NCBI RefSeq assembly: GCF_000002075.1
Contig: NW_004797339.1
Coordinates: forward strand, 779,634 to 843,633
Length of the DNA: 64,000 bases
DNA from: Aplysia californica
Taxonomy: Eukaryota
Reading direction: 5' to 3'
The notes beneath the pieces are model-generated. The model was not told the DNA's origin. It saw nothing but the letters and a program-made list of their open reading frames with translations, and made no database searches. Position numbers and translations under genes: made by a program. Position 1 is the stretch's first letter, and each line of letters opens with the position of its first letter. Below, piece after piece: positions 36,282-49,932 of this stretch.

Positions 36282-37831
36282 CATACCATGCCATGCCATA
36301 CTGTACTTAGTTGTAGGCTGAGGGAAATTTAGGCCTGGGTAGAAGGTCGCTGTTTCGACCTTTTCCCAAAGAAAAACATTAAGAATGTTGACCTGTCTGG
36401 CGTCCTTATCGTTCCGCAGCTCATGAGGCTGTGGTGACGATTGCGGTTAATTAATTATTTGTTTGCTATGTTCCCACCCCGAGTCAAGATCACACGGCCA
36501 GCGATCAGTTAAAAGCTTTCATAATAACAGAGAAACGAGAAAATTTGGGTTAGTGAGTAAACACAGGGAAGATTTACTTGTTGACCGAACGTGATGAAAT
36601 GTGTGGGTTCCAGAAAGAATAGTGTTATCTTTTTGCCGACTTTCTGTCTCATCTTTTTAATGTGACTAGGGAGGAAATAATACTTGATATATATGGAGCT
36701 GGGGTGGGGGGTGGGGGGTTCTCTACAAATAGAAAGTGAAAAGTATTCGAACCATAGATTAGTTGGCACAAAGGCAGCTTTGTGACGGAGATACGGATTT
36801 ATTCCAGCGTGCACACAGCTTTGGTAACAGCCTGGACCAAAGACTGGCAATATCTAAATTTTTGCGTGTTTGGTTCTATTTTTGGAAGTGGCTTTTTTAT
36901 ATGTATACAAAGAGTAGGGCTAAAGATACCTGGGGTTGTTTTTTTAATTCAGCAGGCACGCTTTTTCGATTCTGCCTGTCAGGGCCAACCCAGGCAGAGA
37001 TGGATACAACGTCCCAGCCAAAGGACTTAGATAATCGATAAAAAATTTTCCCGCACGAGAATCGAACTCTCATCTTGTGTGTGCGACATCGAAGCGCCTA
37101 ACTGCTACACCACAGACGCCGATAGCGTGTTCCGAGAGGCAGTATGACTTAAACAACATCGGGATCATATGGTCAAGCTTCAATACGAAGAAAAAACGGG
37201 TCTGTGGAGTACTGATTATTTTCTCCGCCATGAATGCTAAAGACGTGAGTTCTATGCCCATGCGGAGAGGATACGTTATGTGATATCACCATCTTTCTTC
37301 TAGGACTTATCTCACAGTTCTTGCGTTGGTCCTATTTGGCGATATCAAAGCAGCTTCCCATCTAAACGATTGGAACCGTGGAGATGATTTGCAATCATTT
37401 TAGAAGCTTAATTATTGTAGACATTTATTCAGATTTAACGGGGATGGGGGGGGGGGAGAAACGTTCTATCAGCCAGGAGACCAGTGCTTCACTCTCAGTG
37501 GACAGGGGCAAAAACAAAACAAACTACATGTATATGTATTCATAAAAGAGAGAATATCCGCATACGTATGTGCTTTTTCCTTTCTGATTGGCAGCAGCCT
37601 ACAGCTGAATGCATAATTCATGATGATCTAAGGAGGGATATGCATAGACAACATGAAACGAGGAGATCTGGAAATGCGTCAGAGAATGGCCATGTAGTGT
37701 AGTGGATTCTGTTGTCAATGTGAACGCTCTGCATTGCGTTTTTTCTCCATCTTTTACCGTTTGTCTGTCTCACCTTGTCAAGAAAAAGCATAGCAATTAT
37801 CATCACCTCCCCCCCCCCCCCCCCCCCCCCC
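36282..37831 (+). repeat. 1.55-kb direct duplication, copy 1
   Basis: Matches 46652-48201 at offset 10370 with six substitutions seen by eye. Confidence 0.95.
36960..37121 (-). mobile_element. Third tRNA-derived SINE family (representative copy)
   Basis: A/B-box head GGCGTCTGTGGTGTAG...GAGTTCGATTC and body GGTTGGCCCTGACAGGCAG; related pieces near 620-780, 3880-4025, 14475-14550, 21440-21610, 31340-31510, 32850-33020, 35950-36115, 41450-41530, 62320-62480. Confidence 0.65.
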
Positions 37832-37908
37832 GGCCAAACGATCTAAATTACTGTGTCGATAATGGCGTAAAACACTGACAATGCATTACAACAGATAGAG
37901 CCCCTCAC

Positions 37909-38085
37909 CTGTGGTTCTATTGCAATGACCCTGTGGCCCATGGAGGCGGCCAGCAGGCTGTAGTAGCCCACGTTAGCGCCCACGTCTATCAGCGTGGCCT
38001 CGGGGCGTCTGTCCAGGGCCTTCTGGAGCGCCTTGGTGATGTACGGCTCCCACACACCGGAGCTCAGGAGGCTGGCGGAGATGTA
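37909..38085 (-). CDS. FkbM-family methyltransferase, exon 4 (YISASLLSSGVWEP...LIDVGANVGYYSLLAASMGHRVIAIEPQ)
   Basis: SAM-binding motif I DVGANVG and AIEP, both FkbM hallmarks; tccag acceptor, CAG|GTGAGG donor, 177 nt. Confidence 0.92.
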
Positions 38086-40696
38086 CTGGACACGGAGAGA
38101 GAGAGTCTAAGTTATGAGCTCTGTTTGTAAGATGTACAAGAGCTGTCCCGAAATTAATTAACCAAAAAATGGTTGTAAACGAAAAATATTGTAGTTACAA
38201 TTTACTCAGCCAGTGGGCTAAACATTCGGTTTATTTCTCAACAATAGTCAAGTATTTTTCTCGTCTCTGCATGAGTAAATGCATACCACCCCCTCCCCCA
38301 TCCCCACCCCGTCGAATGTTTGCGTCAAGCGACCGAACTCAATCTCTGGCGTGCAATGTTTGTGTCATCGGTGATTTACTTCCTGTCTTGATATCGTTGC
38401 ATTAGTTCAAAGAGGGGCAATATCAAAACGGTGATCCAGAAAGCATTCACTAGATTCTTGAAAGTCACCAGCTGTCCTGGGCGCCATGTGTCATGTGCAT
38501 CGTCCCAACAATGACGTGCAAACATATGTGTTCTGTGCCTTGTGGTCATCTCTCACTGTGGAACCCAACGAGCTGACACTTTTCTGTGTCATTTCCCGGC
38601 TCATTAAAGACAAATATTTGAACCGTGATCTATAAAGATCTAAAACATCAGTAATGCTATGAATTTAGTAACTTCTGTCATGACGAATGAGCTGTGTAAT
38701 GCATTCAGCTGTTTTTCTGTATTTTCAGACAAATGACGACCCCAATGTTTCTTGTGTGGATGTGAATGTTTGTAAACTCTTCTTTAAATGAATTACACTA
38801 ATGGTGGACCTTTGACTTGCTCAAAATATTATCACCATAAACACATTCAAGGCCTTCCTGAATTTCATTGGGAATTTGTACTTTTTGCGTGAAGAAACCA
38901 AAATACAGCACTAGTCTCTTGTTTTGACAGATTCTGTATAATGGTTCTCATTCTTTGTTATGATGTAGTATAATATTTGCATCCATTTAATTCATTCTAA
39001 TCTTGCTCCCAAATCGAGTATTCCCTGAACTACAAAAAAAACTGAGGATTTTTTTCGGCCGACGGGGGGGGGGGGCAATCTCATAGTGGCCATTGAGTTT
39101 TGGCCATTGAGTTTGACTCGCGTCCCACTCAGCTCTAAGGGCTCTAACGAGTAAGGTTCGAAAAGCCTGTCTTCTAAATGATCTAAATTGTGTCGTCGTA
39201 TCGATCGATGGGGACGTAAAAAATATTTACAACTACAGTGGGGGGGTTCGTAACACGTTTACTTCGATTATTTGCCTCGTCTCTCAGCAGGCATTCTGGG
39301 TGTATCCTTAACTGTCAGCCTATGATGCCAACTGTTACTATGCAAATTTGAACATCAACCCACCCCCACCCCCCACCCTATCCCTTTTCCTTTCCCATCT
39401 GCCCCATTTTCCTAACTGTTGGCCTGGTTTTCCGCATTTGAGGCTGTGTGAATTCTGAGCGTGTTTTGTTCTATAAAACCCGCCGCTGGGTAACACATTG
39501 TTTCGCTCCGGCTTTTCAGACTGCTCAAATGAAAGAGAAGGGCGAGGGCATTAGGTGGAATTTGGTCTGGGGAATCACCAGACTGAGGTAACTGAACATT
39601 TGGCATATTTTTTGTCTATCCTTCTCCCCCTCGTACTGTTTCTTGGAGAGTAGCGAGACATCTAATTCAGCTTTGTTACTCAGACCTAGTATCATTGTGC
39701 TTCCCTGCCGGGACACTCCGATGGCTTCATTAATATCGGGCTGGGTTGTGGTTCGGGTGTCCCTGGTTTAAATCCACAATGGAGCGTTCTCTGACTTTGA
39801 CTGTTTTCGAAATTGTCAAGATTCTCAGGTAAATTGACTCGATTCTTACTGATGAGGCAAGGGCTTTCCCGGTGCATGAAGGCTTAAAATCGCCAGGAGA
39901 AACTTCAGAAGGACCGCTCCACCACGGCCTGTTGGAATCTTTTAAAAGACTTTACGTTGTTCGGTAATGATGATCTAAATTGTGTAGATAGGGTGTAACA
40001 TATTTACAAATAGTAATTTACAAGAGACCCATGTCGTTGTGATTTCTTGTTGCTTCATTTCAAATACCCTATTGCGCTAAAACGCAATCTGGAAGATTTT
40101 GTTTTATCCCAGAGATACATTCGCAGCAGGCTTTAGAGCGTGCAAGTGCATTATCGACCAAACTTAGACAAACTGAGTGACTGGTTCGTGTTGATTGTGT
40201 TAATAAAAATGTCATTCTAACCTATTCCTGGCAAAATTCCAGTGTTTGGGGGTGCCACTGGTAGTCTTAATTTATTTTATTTTCATTTTTTAAAAATCAG
40301 TCTTTCTTGCTTATTCCCAGCCCTGTACGGCTGTTATTTTGTCAACGTGCTTCTTTTTATTCGATTGAACTAGCAGAAATAAATGTTAGACACGGCGTCG
40401 CCATGGGATACGTATGTGCTTTGCCGGAGTTCGAGGTTTGAATGCTGGTCGGATCTAAAACACTTTTCCCGCCTTTCCAGGAATATGTCATCCAAACCAT
40501 TTGTCCTTCAGGTGCCCCAAATTCCCTGCCTTTGAAATGGTCTGCCTGGTTTCTTGTAGAGTAGTACTCTTCTACAACGATCGCAACAATAACAGTAACA
40601 ACAGCATTGGCGACAACATCGACAACAACATAAGCAGGCACCGTCAGAAACATGAAGTTAATTTTGTCAACCGCAAAAAGCAACGACAAGAACAAC

Positions 40697-40862
40697 AATT
40701 GAAGAGTGCTTTTCCAAAACTCTGTAAGTCGGATTTGACGAGCACCTGATATCGTCTCGACGCTTTCCCCAATATTTGTATTTTGTATGTGTGTAGCGTT
40801 GTGGTGAAATTAGGCGCTCGTCAAAACTGACTTACAGAGTTTTGGAAAAACCCTCTTCAATT
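40697..40862. repeat. Foldback/inverted repeat, ~67-bp arms with ~30-bp spacer
   Basis: AATTGAAGAG..TTTTCCAAAACTCTGTAAGTC...GACGAGC pairs with GCTCGTC...GACTTACAGAGTTTTGGAAAA..CTCTTCAATT. Confidence 0.85.
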
Positions 40863-40919
40863 ACAACAATGGCATCGATATCATCATCAACAACAACAAC
40901 AACAACAACAGTAACAATT

Positions 40920-40955
<36 letters not shown>

Positions 40956-41006
40956 GCAACAACAACCCCACCATCAGCAACCATAGAAAGCTGTAAAAAT
41001 ACTCAC

Positions 41007-41185
41007 TTTATCCTCTAGAGGTTTGTATAAGCAGATCATAAAAGCTGGGGTGGTTTTAGTTGTCGTGCAGGTGAAATCGTCCTCTTGATCATTGGTCAGT
41101 ACCCCACTGTTTGGCCGCTCGCTCCGATGTCCGTGTGGTCGTATGTCCACCACCCGGAATCTCTTCGGCAGTGGGATCCGTGGAT
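41007..41185 (-). CDS. FkbM-family methyltransferase, exon 3 (DPRIPLPKR...FTCTTTKTTPAFMICLYKPLEDK)
   Basis: tttttcacccag acceptor, AAA|GTGAGT donor, 179 nt, phase 1 to 0. Confidence 0.8.
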
Positions 41186-41733
41186 CTGGGTGAAAAATTG
41201 AATGTAGGCTAATCGGCGATTTAGACAAGTTGCCATTTATTTTCAAGACTGCAGTACTTTTTCTGGATGGATTTTTATTCCAACACAATAGAGTGGATGA
41301 CACCCCCCCCCCTCCCCAAGCACACATACACTCACAACGACTTTCTTTTGTATGTTTTCTGTCCTTACAAAGTTTTCCCTGCACTAGATGACCGTTTTTT
41401 CGTTCCCTTTGTCGTTTCTGGTTGTTTCTTCTGTGATGTATCCCTCTCAGCCCGGGTTGGTCCTGACAAGTAGGTTCGAAAGCCCGCCTCCTAAATAATC
41501 TAAATTGTGTCGATGGGAGCATAATAACATCTACATTATTACATTTAAAAGAATTAAGTTTGCGGTTGTAGTCATTTCTTTGTTGTTGTTTTTTTTCGCT
41601 ATCACTAAACGACCGTTATTAGTTTGAGTGTTTCTTTTTACACAAACACAAAAATAAATAAACAAACATGTAACAAACAAATAAACAAACAAAAACAAAA
41701 ATGGAGTCTCACGGATGGTGTCTGTGCGTGTAC

Positions 41734-41874
41734 CTGGATAGTGTGACAGGTGTCGGTGGTGAGGAGGCAGAGAGGGAGGTGGCGAGGAGCCAAGGTCACT
41801 CTCCAGCACATCGTCGGTCATCGCGTGCAGCCACACCAGGATCACCAAGGTCATGGCCGCCGAGGCTATTATCG
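41734..41874 (-). CDS. FkbM-family methyltransferase, exon 2 (TM anchor AIIASAAMTLVILVWLHAM plus Pro/His-rich stem)
   Basis: ttttctcattctacag acceptor, CCA G|GTACAC donor, 141 nt, GC-rich codons. Confidence 0.75.
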
Positions 41875-42727
41875 CTGTAGAATGAGAAAAGCATGTTCAT
41901 GTCTTTATGATCAATTATTATAAAATGCAAATTATCCGTTTCAAATACTCACCTCTCAAACTGAGTTAATCTTGTTTGGTCCTCGGTTCCTGATACACCA
42001 AGCCCCTTGTATTTGATGGACATTAAATTACACAGACCATTCATTGCTGAAAAGAGCGTTTGATACACACTGTGCAATATTTAGTAAAACTCATTGTTGT
42101 AAGGTTTTCGAGAGGTGGGGGGAGGGGGGCAGGCAGAGAGATAGAGTTCTTCATTGTTTAGAAAACGAGTTGCTTTAGATTTTTTTTTCGTGCTTACTGT
42201 GTTGCCAAAAAGCTGTAAAAGCTCCTCGCACAACCCAGTTTTAAAACACACCTCTCTCGGGATTGTCTAGACTGTGGTACACGCCATAGTCCAGCGTGAC
42301 ACATGACCGGTTAACCCGACAGGGAAAACAGTGGTTAATCGAAAAGCGGCCCTTCTTGGAAAATCTGAAGACGCACTGGTTCTGAGCTTAGGGTTCATCT
42401 CTCCCTCCCTCTTTGCCCCCTTCCTTCCCCCCCCCTCTCTCTCTCTCTCTCTCTCTNNNNNNNNNNNNNNNNNNNNNNNNNNNNNNNNNNNNNNNNNNNN
42501 NNNNNNNNNNNNNNNNNNNNNNNNNNNNNNNNNNNNNNNNNNNNNNNNNNNNNNNNNNNNNNNNNNNNNNNNNNNNNNNNNNNNNNNNNNNNNNNNNNNN
42601 NNNNNNNNNNNNNNNNNNNNNNNNNNNNNNNNNNNNNNNNNNNNNNNNNNNNNNNNNNNNNNNNNNNNNNNNNNNNNNNNNNNNNNNNNNNNNNNNNNNN
42701 NNNNNNNNNNNNNNNNNNNNNNNNNNN

Positions 42728-42766
<39 letters not shown>

Positions 42767-45700
42767 TAGATATTGCTTTCGTTTTGTGTTTTTAATGCGC
42801 CGGTTGGGAGGGGGTTGATGTGTGTAGTGTGTTTGCGGTTGAGGTGGGGAGGAGGGGGGGGGGGTGTAATGTAAGGTATTTAAGAAGTAGAACCTCATAT
42901 TTAATCATTTTCTCCGACTGGACCGAGCCAAAAAATAGAAAGCCATAAGAACTCCACAGACCAATCCAGCCTAAAAATATCCCGTTTGGGATTCGTACCA
43001 CGCCCTACATGATATCAGTTGTGTCTATTGTGCAGCCGAGGAACAGGGAAAGGGGGGGGGGGCGGTCTCATTGGTGAACAGTTTTAAATCGCTCTCTGCC
43101 AAGAATGTACTTCTACCATGGAAGGCAACGCCGATGAGGTGGAGAGAGAACACACGAGATACGACTTTAAGCTAGATGCGATCATTTAACATTCAAATGA
43201 CTTTGTGGACCTTAAATGCTGTCATGAGTGGTTGGAGGGCGCCACTTCTTTACTTTCCCACTTTTGATTCTGTCTGTCTGTCTGCTTTGCTTTATCCCAG
43301 CATTAAATGACGCTTATTGTGTCGATGTTCTTCTTTCTACTCAAACAAATCAAACCAACTTTCTTTCTGAAGTATGTATTCTGTTCCAGTCACGGTCAGT
43401 TCACTCTTTAATGTTGCCTTCCCATCGCTTCCTCTGCTTTCCTCTTCGCCCCCCCCCCTCCTAGTATTGTTCCCTGTATGACAGTCTTGGCCAGTCAAAA
43501 TAATCAAATGACGTGTTCGTACCACTTCAGTTTGCGTCTATTCACTGAAGTCAAGAGGTCTTCATGAACCCGACAGCGTTTCCAATTCTGTTTCTCACGA
43601 CTGTATTAGTTATGGGATCTCTATTGTCTGTATTTTTTCTCAGTGAATGCCGGTATGGTTTCACATGCATATATATATAAAAGTATGGACATCACCATAT
43701 CCTATAAAGCACAGAGCTCGTCTTTCGGTCTTTGCTGCGACGACAATGTCGCCTAGGCACTGAGAAGAAAATCGATTTCGATATGTTATCGATTTTATGG
43801 TCGACCAGTCCCATTCCCATCTTCTTTGATCACCGCCGAAGCTGGAAAAGGGACAGAGAGCCTGAACTTCAAAAAGAATTTGTTGCAACCTGAGACCCAA
43901 CTGGACGTTCTAAAGATTACGATCAAAGAAAAGTCGTTTAGACCTTTAGTTCCACACCTCATGGAACTTAGCAGACCGTCTTTTGAAACCAGAATTACAA
44001 CTGGAAGCTGAACCGGAGAAACTGTAACCATACATCTGAATTCATATCAGTGAATATTCGAGTTTATACATTGTAGCTATTTTTTTATGATAGTCTAATG
44101 TGGCTCGTTTGTCACCAATTTGACGAGTTCGCGGTAAGGTTACGGTTTAAGCCCAGATGAGATATTAGATGATGTTTTAATGAATATGTTTATTCCCCTT
44201 CTTAGGATCACGTATTATATACCGTGCCAATGAACATGTTATTTTAGCCAAAACGTCGTTTAAATAGTATTACTTGCTTTAGCACCTTCTGTCCTTATTG
44301 CCCTTTCCCTACGTCTATGCCCCTCTCGTGTATACCCTGCTTTCGATCGAGTTGAAGAATGTGCATGTTAACTCAACGAATGTCTGAAAGGAGTCAATCG
44401 CCTCGAGTGTTGCCAACAAGGACATAGGACCAGAGGGGGTGAATAGAACAGACAGATGGAAACGTGCAAACCAAATCACAGTCATCTTAGTGAAACTTTC
44501 GTCAGATGGATGAAGATGGGTCACTTCCGACTCCCGGTGGACTTTGACCTCAAAAGAAAGCAAGGAGGTGTATCATGGGCTAGGTTGAGATAAACAGCTT
44601 TTCAGCGCCCTGCGATTGTTTCTGTTTGTAATTAGTTTATCAAAGTTTAAACGACTTTTTTTTAAAAACTGCATAGGGTCATTTGAGCGCGTGAAAAGAC
44701 TTCACGATAGAATTGAATAAAAGTACATATTATTTTTGATGTTTGAGATTGTGTTTTTTGTTATCAAAATGGCGGGAAAAGCTCACTGTTTATCGCATTT
44801 CATGATCCCTGACAGAGAGCTTGGTGTGCTCAAAAAATAGAATAGAAGTCGAGATATTTCCAACTGAAGGACGTGAGGATGGCCGCCAAAGTTTGCGGAC
44901 TTCCAAAGCTTGAAAATCTTTTGTAACTGCACATTTAAATTTACAGTTTTTGTGCCTTTAATCAACATTTTTCAGTAAAATTCACATAGAAATGTGAACC
45001 AAAAGAAAATAGATTGAAATTACCCAACGGGGGAAAAATGCCGGTTTCTTCGATTCAATTATTTTGAAGAGCCCTGATTTCATCACGATGCCCAATTTGT
45101 TATTTATCATCATTTGTTCACCTGAACGGTGAACATCCGATGAGACTCTTATGAACGCCTGAGGTACGACTATAGTGTGGTCAAAAATTCATGGCGCAAT
45201 TTATCCTCAAATATCTGCTTAACGGGTGAATCAATGTCACCCATACTTTGCACAGTAGTTTCTGCCAATTTGTCTTACCTTAATCATGTTTCAAAAAATC
45301 TTTTCTTATTAGAATAATATAAAATACTATAAATATCCGTCACACGGAAAATGGAATTGTTCACAGCCCTTACTTCCCCCTACTCACACACATTTTACAT
45401 ACGCATCCCTACGTCACAGCTCACCAATGACACTTTTTAGTGGCAAAACTTGTAAGGAATTATTTGTNNNNNNNNNNNNNNNNNNNNNNNNNNNNNNNNN
45501 NNNNNNNNNNNNNNNNNNNNNNNNNNNNNNNNNNNNNNNNNNNNNNNNNNNNNNNNNNNNNNNNNNNNNNNNNNNNNNNNNNNNNNNNNNNNNNNNNNNN
45601 NNNNNNNNNNNNNNNNNNNNNNNNNNNNNNNNNNNNNNNNNNNNNNNNNNNNNNNNNNNNNNNNNNNNNNNNNNNNNNNNNNNNNNNNNNNNNNNNNNNN

Positions 45701-46538
45701 NNNNNNNNNNNNNNNNNNGTTGCACTAAAGTTTCTCAAAACATGCGTTCAATAAGCACAATGTTGCAATAAGAAAAAAAATATGACGGACTTGCTTTTAA
45801 AAGCGATATTGTAAGAGGTGTAAACCTTTTAAAATCTATTTTTAAAAACTACCCACTAGGATTTTTTATAAGTAATTATTAAGGATTTTTCTAGAATACA
45901 GCTGACAGGTGTTTCCAAAAGTATTGATCTGTTAAGACATATCGATACAAGTCATTGTGCAAAAACTAGAGACTTTATGTTCACTAGTTGAGGAAATTAT
46001 TTGACAATAAGTTGCTCTACGAATTTGTTACCACACTATAGGAATATATGGGATGTAGCTTTCTCTTAGGCCATAGTAGTCATCGGTGTGTTGACTTCGG
46101 TATTTTCATGTCATTTCCCTTACAGTATCATTGCAGGTGATGTCAAAAGCAGTTTTTTTTATATTCACCTGACAGGTGCAGGGGTCGAGGGGTTGGGGGA
46201 TTCTTACCTTTTCTTGTTTTCACCTTTTGTTCTGATTGGGATAGTAGAATACACGTTAGACTTTTCCCTGTCACAAGAGAGTTCGATTCCCTCATAGCAA
46301 CGTCTTTTTCCTTGAATATTGCTTAGATACTGAATCTCTCTGGTTTGGATTAGCTTTGATATTTGGGATCTAAACAGCTCGCCTTTTAAAAAATCAACAT
46401 TGTGGCGATGAGGTTTTAGAACATGAATAGCAATAGGACAGTGGACCTCTCCCTAACGGACTTTGTAAGAACACCGACCTGAACGACACTTGCAAACTGT
46501 TTGGAATCCATTCTACCTTTCCATATATACTACATAAA

Positions 46539-46670
46539 TACCATACCATACCATACCATACCATACCATACCATACCATACCATACCATACCATACCATA
46601 CCATACCATACCATACCATGCCATACCATACTACAGTGTACCGTACTATACCATACCATGCCATGCCATA
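46539..46670 (+). repeat. (CCATA)n pentanucleotide microsatellite
   Basis: Direct reading; a compound CCACG/CCGTA/CCATA array also lies at 50180-50311. Confidence 0.95.
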
Positions 46671-48201
46671 CTGTACTTAGTTGTAGGCTGAGGGAAATTT
46701 AGGCCTGGGTAGAAGGTCGCTGTTTCGACCTTTTCCCAAAGAAAAACATTAAGAATGTTGACCTGTCTGGCGTCCTTATCGTTCCGCAGCTCATGAGGCT
46801 GTGGTGACGATTGCGGTTAATTAATTATTTGTTTGCTATGTTCCCACCCCGAGTCAAGATCACACGGCCAGCGATCAGTTAAAAGCTTTCATAATAACAG
46901 AGAAACGAGAAAATTTGGGTTAGTGAGTAAACACAGGGAAGATTTACTTGTTGACCGAACGTGATGAAATGTGTGGGTTCCAGAAAGAATAGTGTTATCT
47001 TTTTGCCGACTTTCTGTCTCATCTTTTTAATGTGACTAGGGAGGAAATAATACTTGATATATATGGAGCTGGGGTGGGGGGTGGGGGGTTCTCTACAAAT
47101 AGAAAGTGAAAAGTATTCGAACCATAGATTAGTTGGCACAAAGGCAGCTTTGTGACGGAGATACGGATTTATTCCAGCGTGCACACAGCTTTGGTAACAG
47201 CCTGGACCAAAGACTGGCAATATCTAAATTTTTGCGTGTTTGGTTCTATTTTTGGAAGTGGCTTTTTTATATGTATACAAAGAGTAGGGCTGAAGATACC
47301 TGGGGTTGTTTTTTTAATTCAGCAGGCACGCTTTTTCGATTCTGCCTGTCAGGGCCAACCCAGGCAGAGATGGATACAACGTCCCAGCCAAAGGACTTAG
47401 ATAATCGATAAAAAAATTTCCCGCACGAAAATCGAACTCTCATCTTGTGTGTGCGACATCGAAGCGCCTAACTGCTACACCACAGACGCCGATAGCGTGT
47501 TCCGAGAGGCAGTATGACTTAAACAACATCGGGATCATATGGTCAAGCTTTAATACGAAGAAAAAACGGGTCTGTGGAGTACTGATTATTTTCTCCGCCA
47601 TGAATGCTAAAGACGTGAGTTCTATGCCCATGCGGAGAGGATACGTTATGTGATATCACCATCTTTCTTCTAGGACTTATCTCACAGTTCTTGCGTTGGT
47701 CCTATTTGGCGATATCAAAGCAGCTTCCCATCTAAACGATTGGAACCGTGGAGATGATTTGCAATCATTTTAGAAGCTTAATTATTGTAGACATTTATTC
47801 AGATTTAACGGGGATGGGGGGGGGGGTGAAACGTTCTATCAGCCAGGAGACCAGTGCTTCACTCTCAGTGGACAGGGGCAAAAACAAAACAAACTACATG
47901 TATATGTATTCATAAAAGAGAGAATATCCGCATACGTATGTGCTTTTTCCTTTCTGATTGGCAGCAGCCTACAGCTGAATGCATAATTCATGATGATCTA
48001 AGGAGGGATATACATAGACAACATGAAACGAGGAGATCTGGAAATGCGTCAGAGAATGGCCATGTAGTGTAGTGGATTCTGTTGTCAATGTGAACGCTCT
48101 GCATTGCGTTTTTTCTCCATCTTTTACCGTTTGTCTGTCTCACCTTGTCAAGAAAAAGCATAGCAATTATCATCACCTCCCCCCCCCCCCCCCCCCCCCC
48201 C
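46652..48201 (+). repeat. 1.55-kb direct duplication, copy 2
   Basis: See copy 1; the ORF track also shows near-identical ORF pairs. Confidence 0.95.
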
Positions 48202-48746
48202 GTGAGAGCGGTATGCAGAGAACGTATTTATTTCCTGTGTCTGATTTGTGCTCCAATTGCAAAATCAATATATATATATATATTGATGACGAATGGTACC
48301 CTGCGCAAATGTCAAAGAACCAATTCCATTAACATATCTGTATCTCTTTATTCTTAATCAATTCTAGAATGTTTCTAGCCTGTCGTCGACTGCTTCAAAT
48401 TACTTTTTGGTCTTTAAAAAGTTTGTAGAACGCCGAGAAGCTGTTTCTTCTCTTGTGCGGTATCATCGTAGCGTTCTTTATGGCGAAAGATTCTCTTAAA
48501 AGCGCATTTCTGTGTCTGGAAAATTACCATGTCTGAAGCATTAGAACTTTAAGTTGGCCCCTTTCAACTCCATAAGATTGTCTAAGTTTTCCTCGAGTTA
48601 ATTCAGTGTATATGTCCGATAGAACCATTTCAAGCTGGTGGGAAGCCCTTGGCTAACAACCTAAGTTCGTGAACGCCCAGCCTCAGTGAGATTTAGAACC
48701 AGGACCATCCGCACCATAGCCCAGTAGGACACCAGCTGAGCTCAAT

Positions 48747-49005
48747 CTGGTTTTTGTAAACATACCTGACATTAATACTGGTTTTCATGAACATATATGA
48801 CATTAACGCTGGTTTTCGTGAACATACCTGACATTAACGCTGGTTTTCGTGAACATACCTGGCATTAATGCTGGTTTTCGTGAACATACCTGGCATTAAT
48901 GCTGGTTTTCGTGAACACACCCGACACTAATGCTGGTTTTCGTGAACATACTTGACATCGATCCTGGTTTTCGTGAACATACCCGACAGTGATGCTGGCT
49001 TTCGA
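48747..49005 (+). repeat. Minisatellite, 31-bp unit x ~8 (CTGGTTTTCGTGAACATACCTGACATTAACG)
   Basis: Unit starts at 48747, 48778, 48809, 48840 and so on. Confidence 0.95.
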
Positions 49006-49891
49006 ACTGTAACTTTGTCCTTTACCACGAAAACCTCAGATGCGGGTGATGGTTGTCCCGTGCTCTGTTGTCATTATCTCTCCTTCTTGTTTTATATGTT
49101 ACTCTTTAGTAACACCTCTAATCTTTGGCACTTATATGACTGAAATCGTGTTGCAAGTGCCGTAAAGCTCTTACTAGAACTAAAACTAAACGATGGTTGA
49201 TGGGCCAACGGTTGCAGTCTGTCCCCCTTCCCTTCTTGTCAGCTTTACTGTTGTTCTTAAATAGTCGATTCGATTCCTGGCGAAATCTGGCAGTTACCGT
49301 GGTGATGTTCCGTCAATTACAACTCAATCAAAAGTCCCAAAATTTGACGAAATTCAATTTTTTTTTGTGTTTCGCAGAAAACTTCGTATCAGACTTTAAG
49401 CATGATTTATTTACGCTGTGGAAGTTAACGGAATTATGCTGTTGTCTTCCTCGGACATCCCCCTGAACGCTGGGGAATTGGCAGACCGTGTGGTGAAATG
49501 AACCGGTTTTCCTGTTTCTTTCAGCACTGTGATCAATTTCAGCCCCTCCTCCTCCCCCACCAACCTCATCCCCGGTGAGTTCCTTTTAAAAGTTCAGGAA
49601 AGGATTAAGTCTTTCGTCCCCTCCATCCCCCTTTTTCCCAACAAAAAATCGCCCCTGGGGAGAAATAGACCATTACGCTGTCCACCCCGCCCCCAGCCAA
49701 AAAATGACGTCGGGGAAGGAGTGGACCTTTAACTGTCTTTCTTCAGCATGTGCACGCGTACGCACTGACAAACAAAGTATACTCACACGCTCTCACTCAA
49801 GCACTCACTCACACTCATACACTCTCACACATATACACGCTCACATTCACGCTCACACAACCACACACGCATACACACGCGTGCGCGCACG

Positions 49892-49932
<41 letters not shown>

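Noticed and set aside
36509-37806. Apparently conserved ORF pairs with 46879-48176
   Set aside because: Identity comes from the 1.55-kb duplication; the translations have no protein-like motifs.
39845-39910. Hammerhead ribozyme core (CTGATGA...GAAA); other CTGATGA sites also checked
   Set aside because: Could not build stems I-III around any of them by eye; an Infernal scan would be decisive.
48747-49005. CRISPR-like periodic array
   Set aside because: Units are head-to-tail with no unique spacers, there are no cas genes, and the context is eukaryotic.
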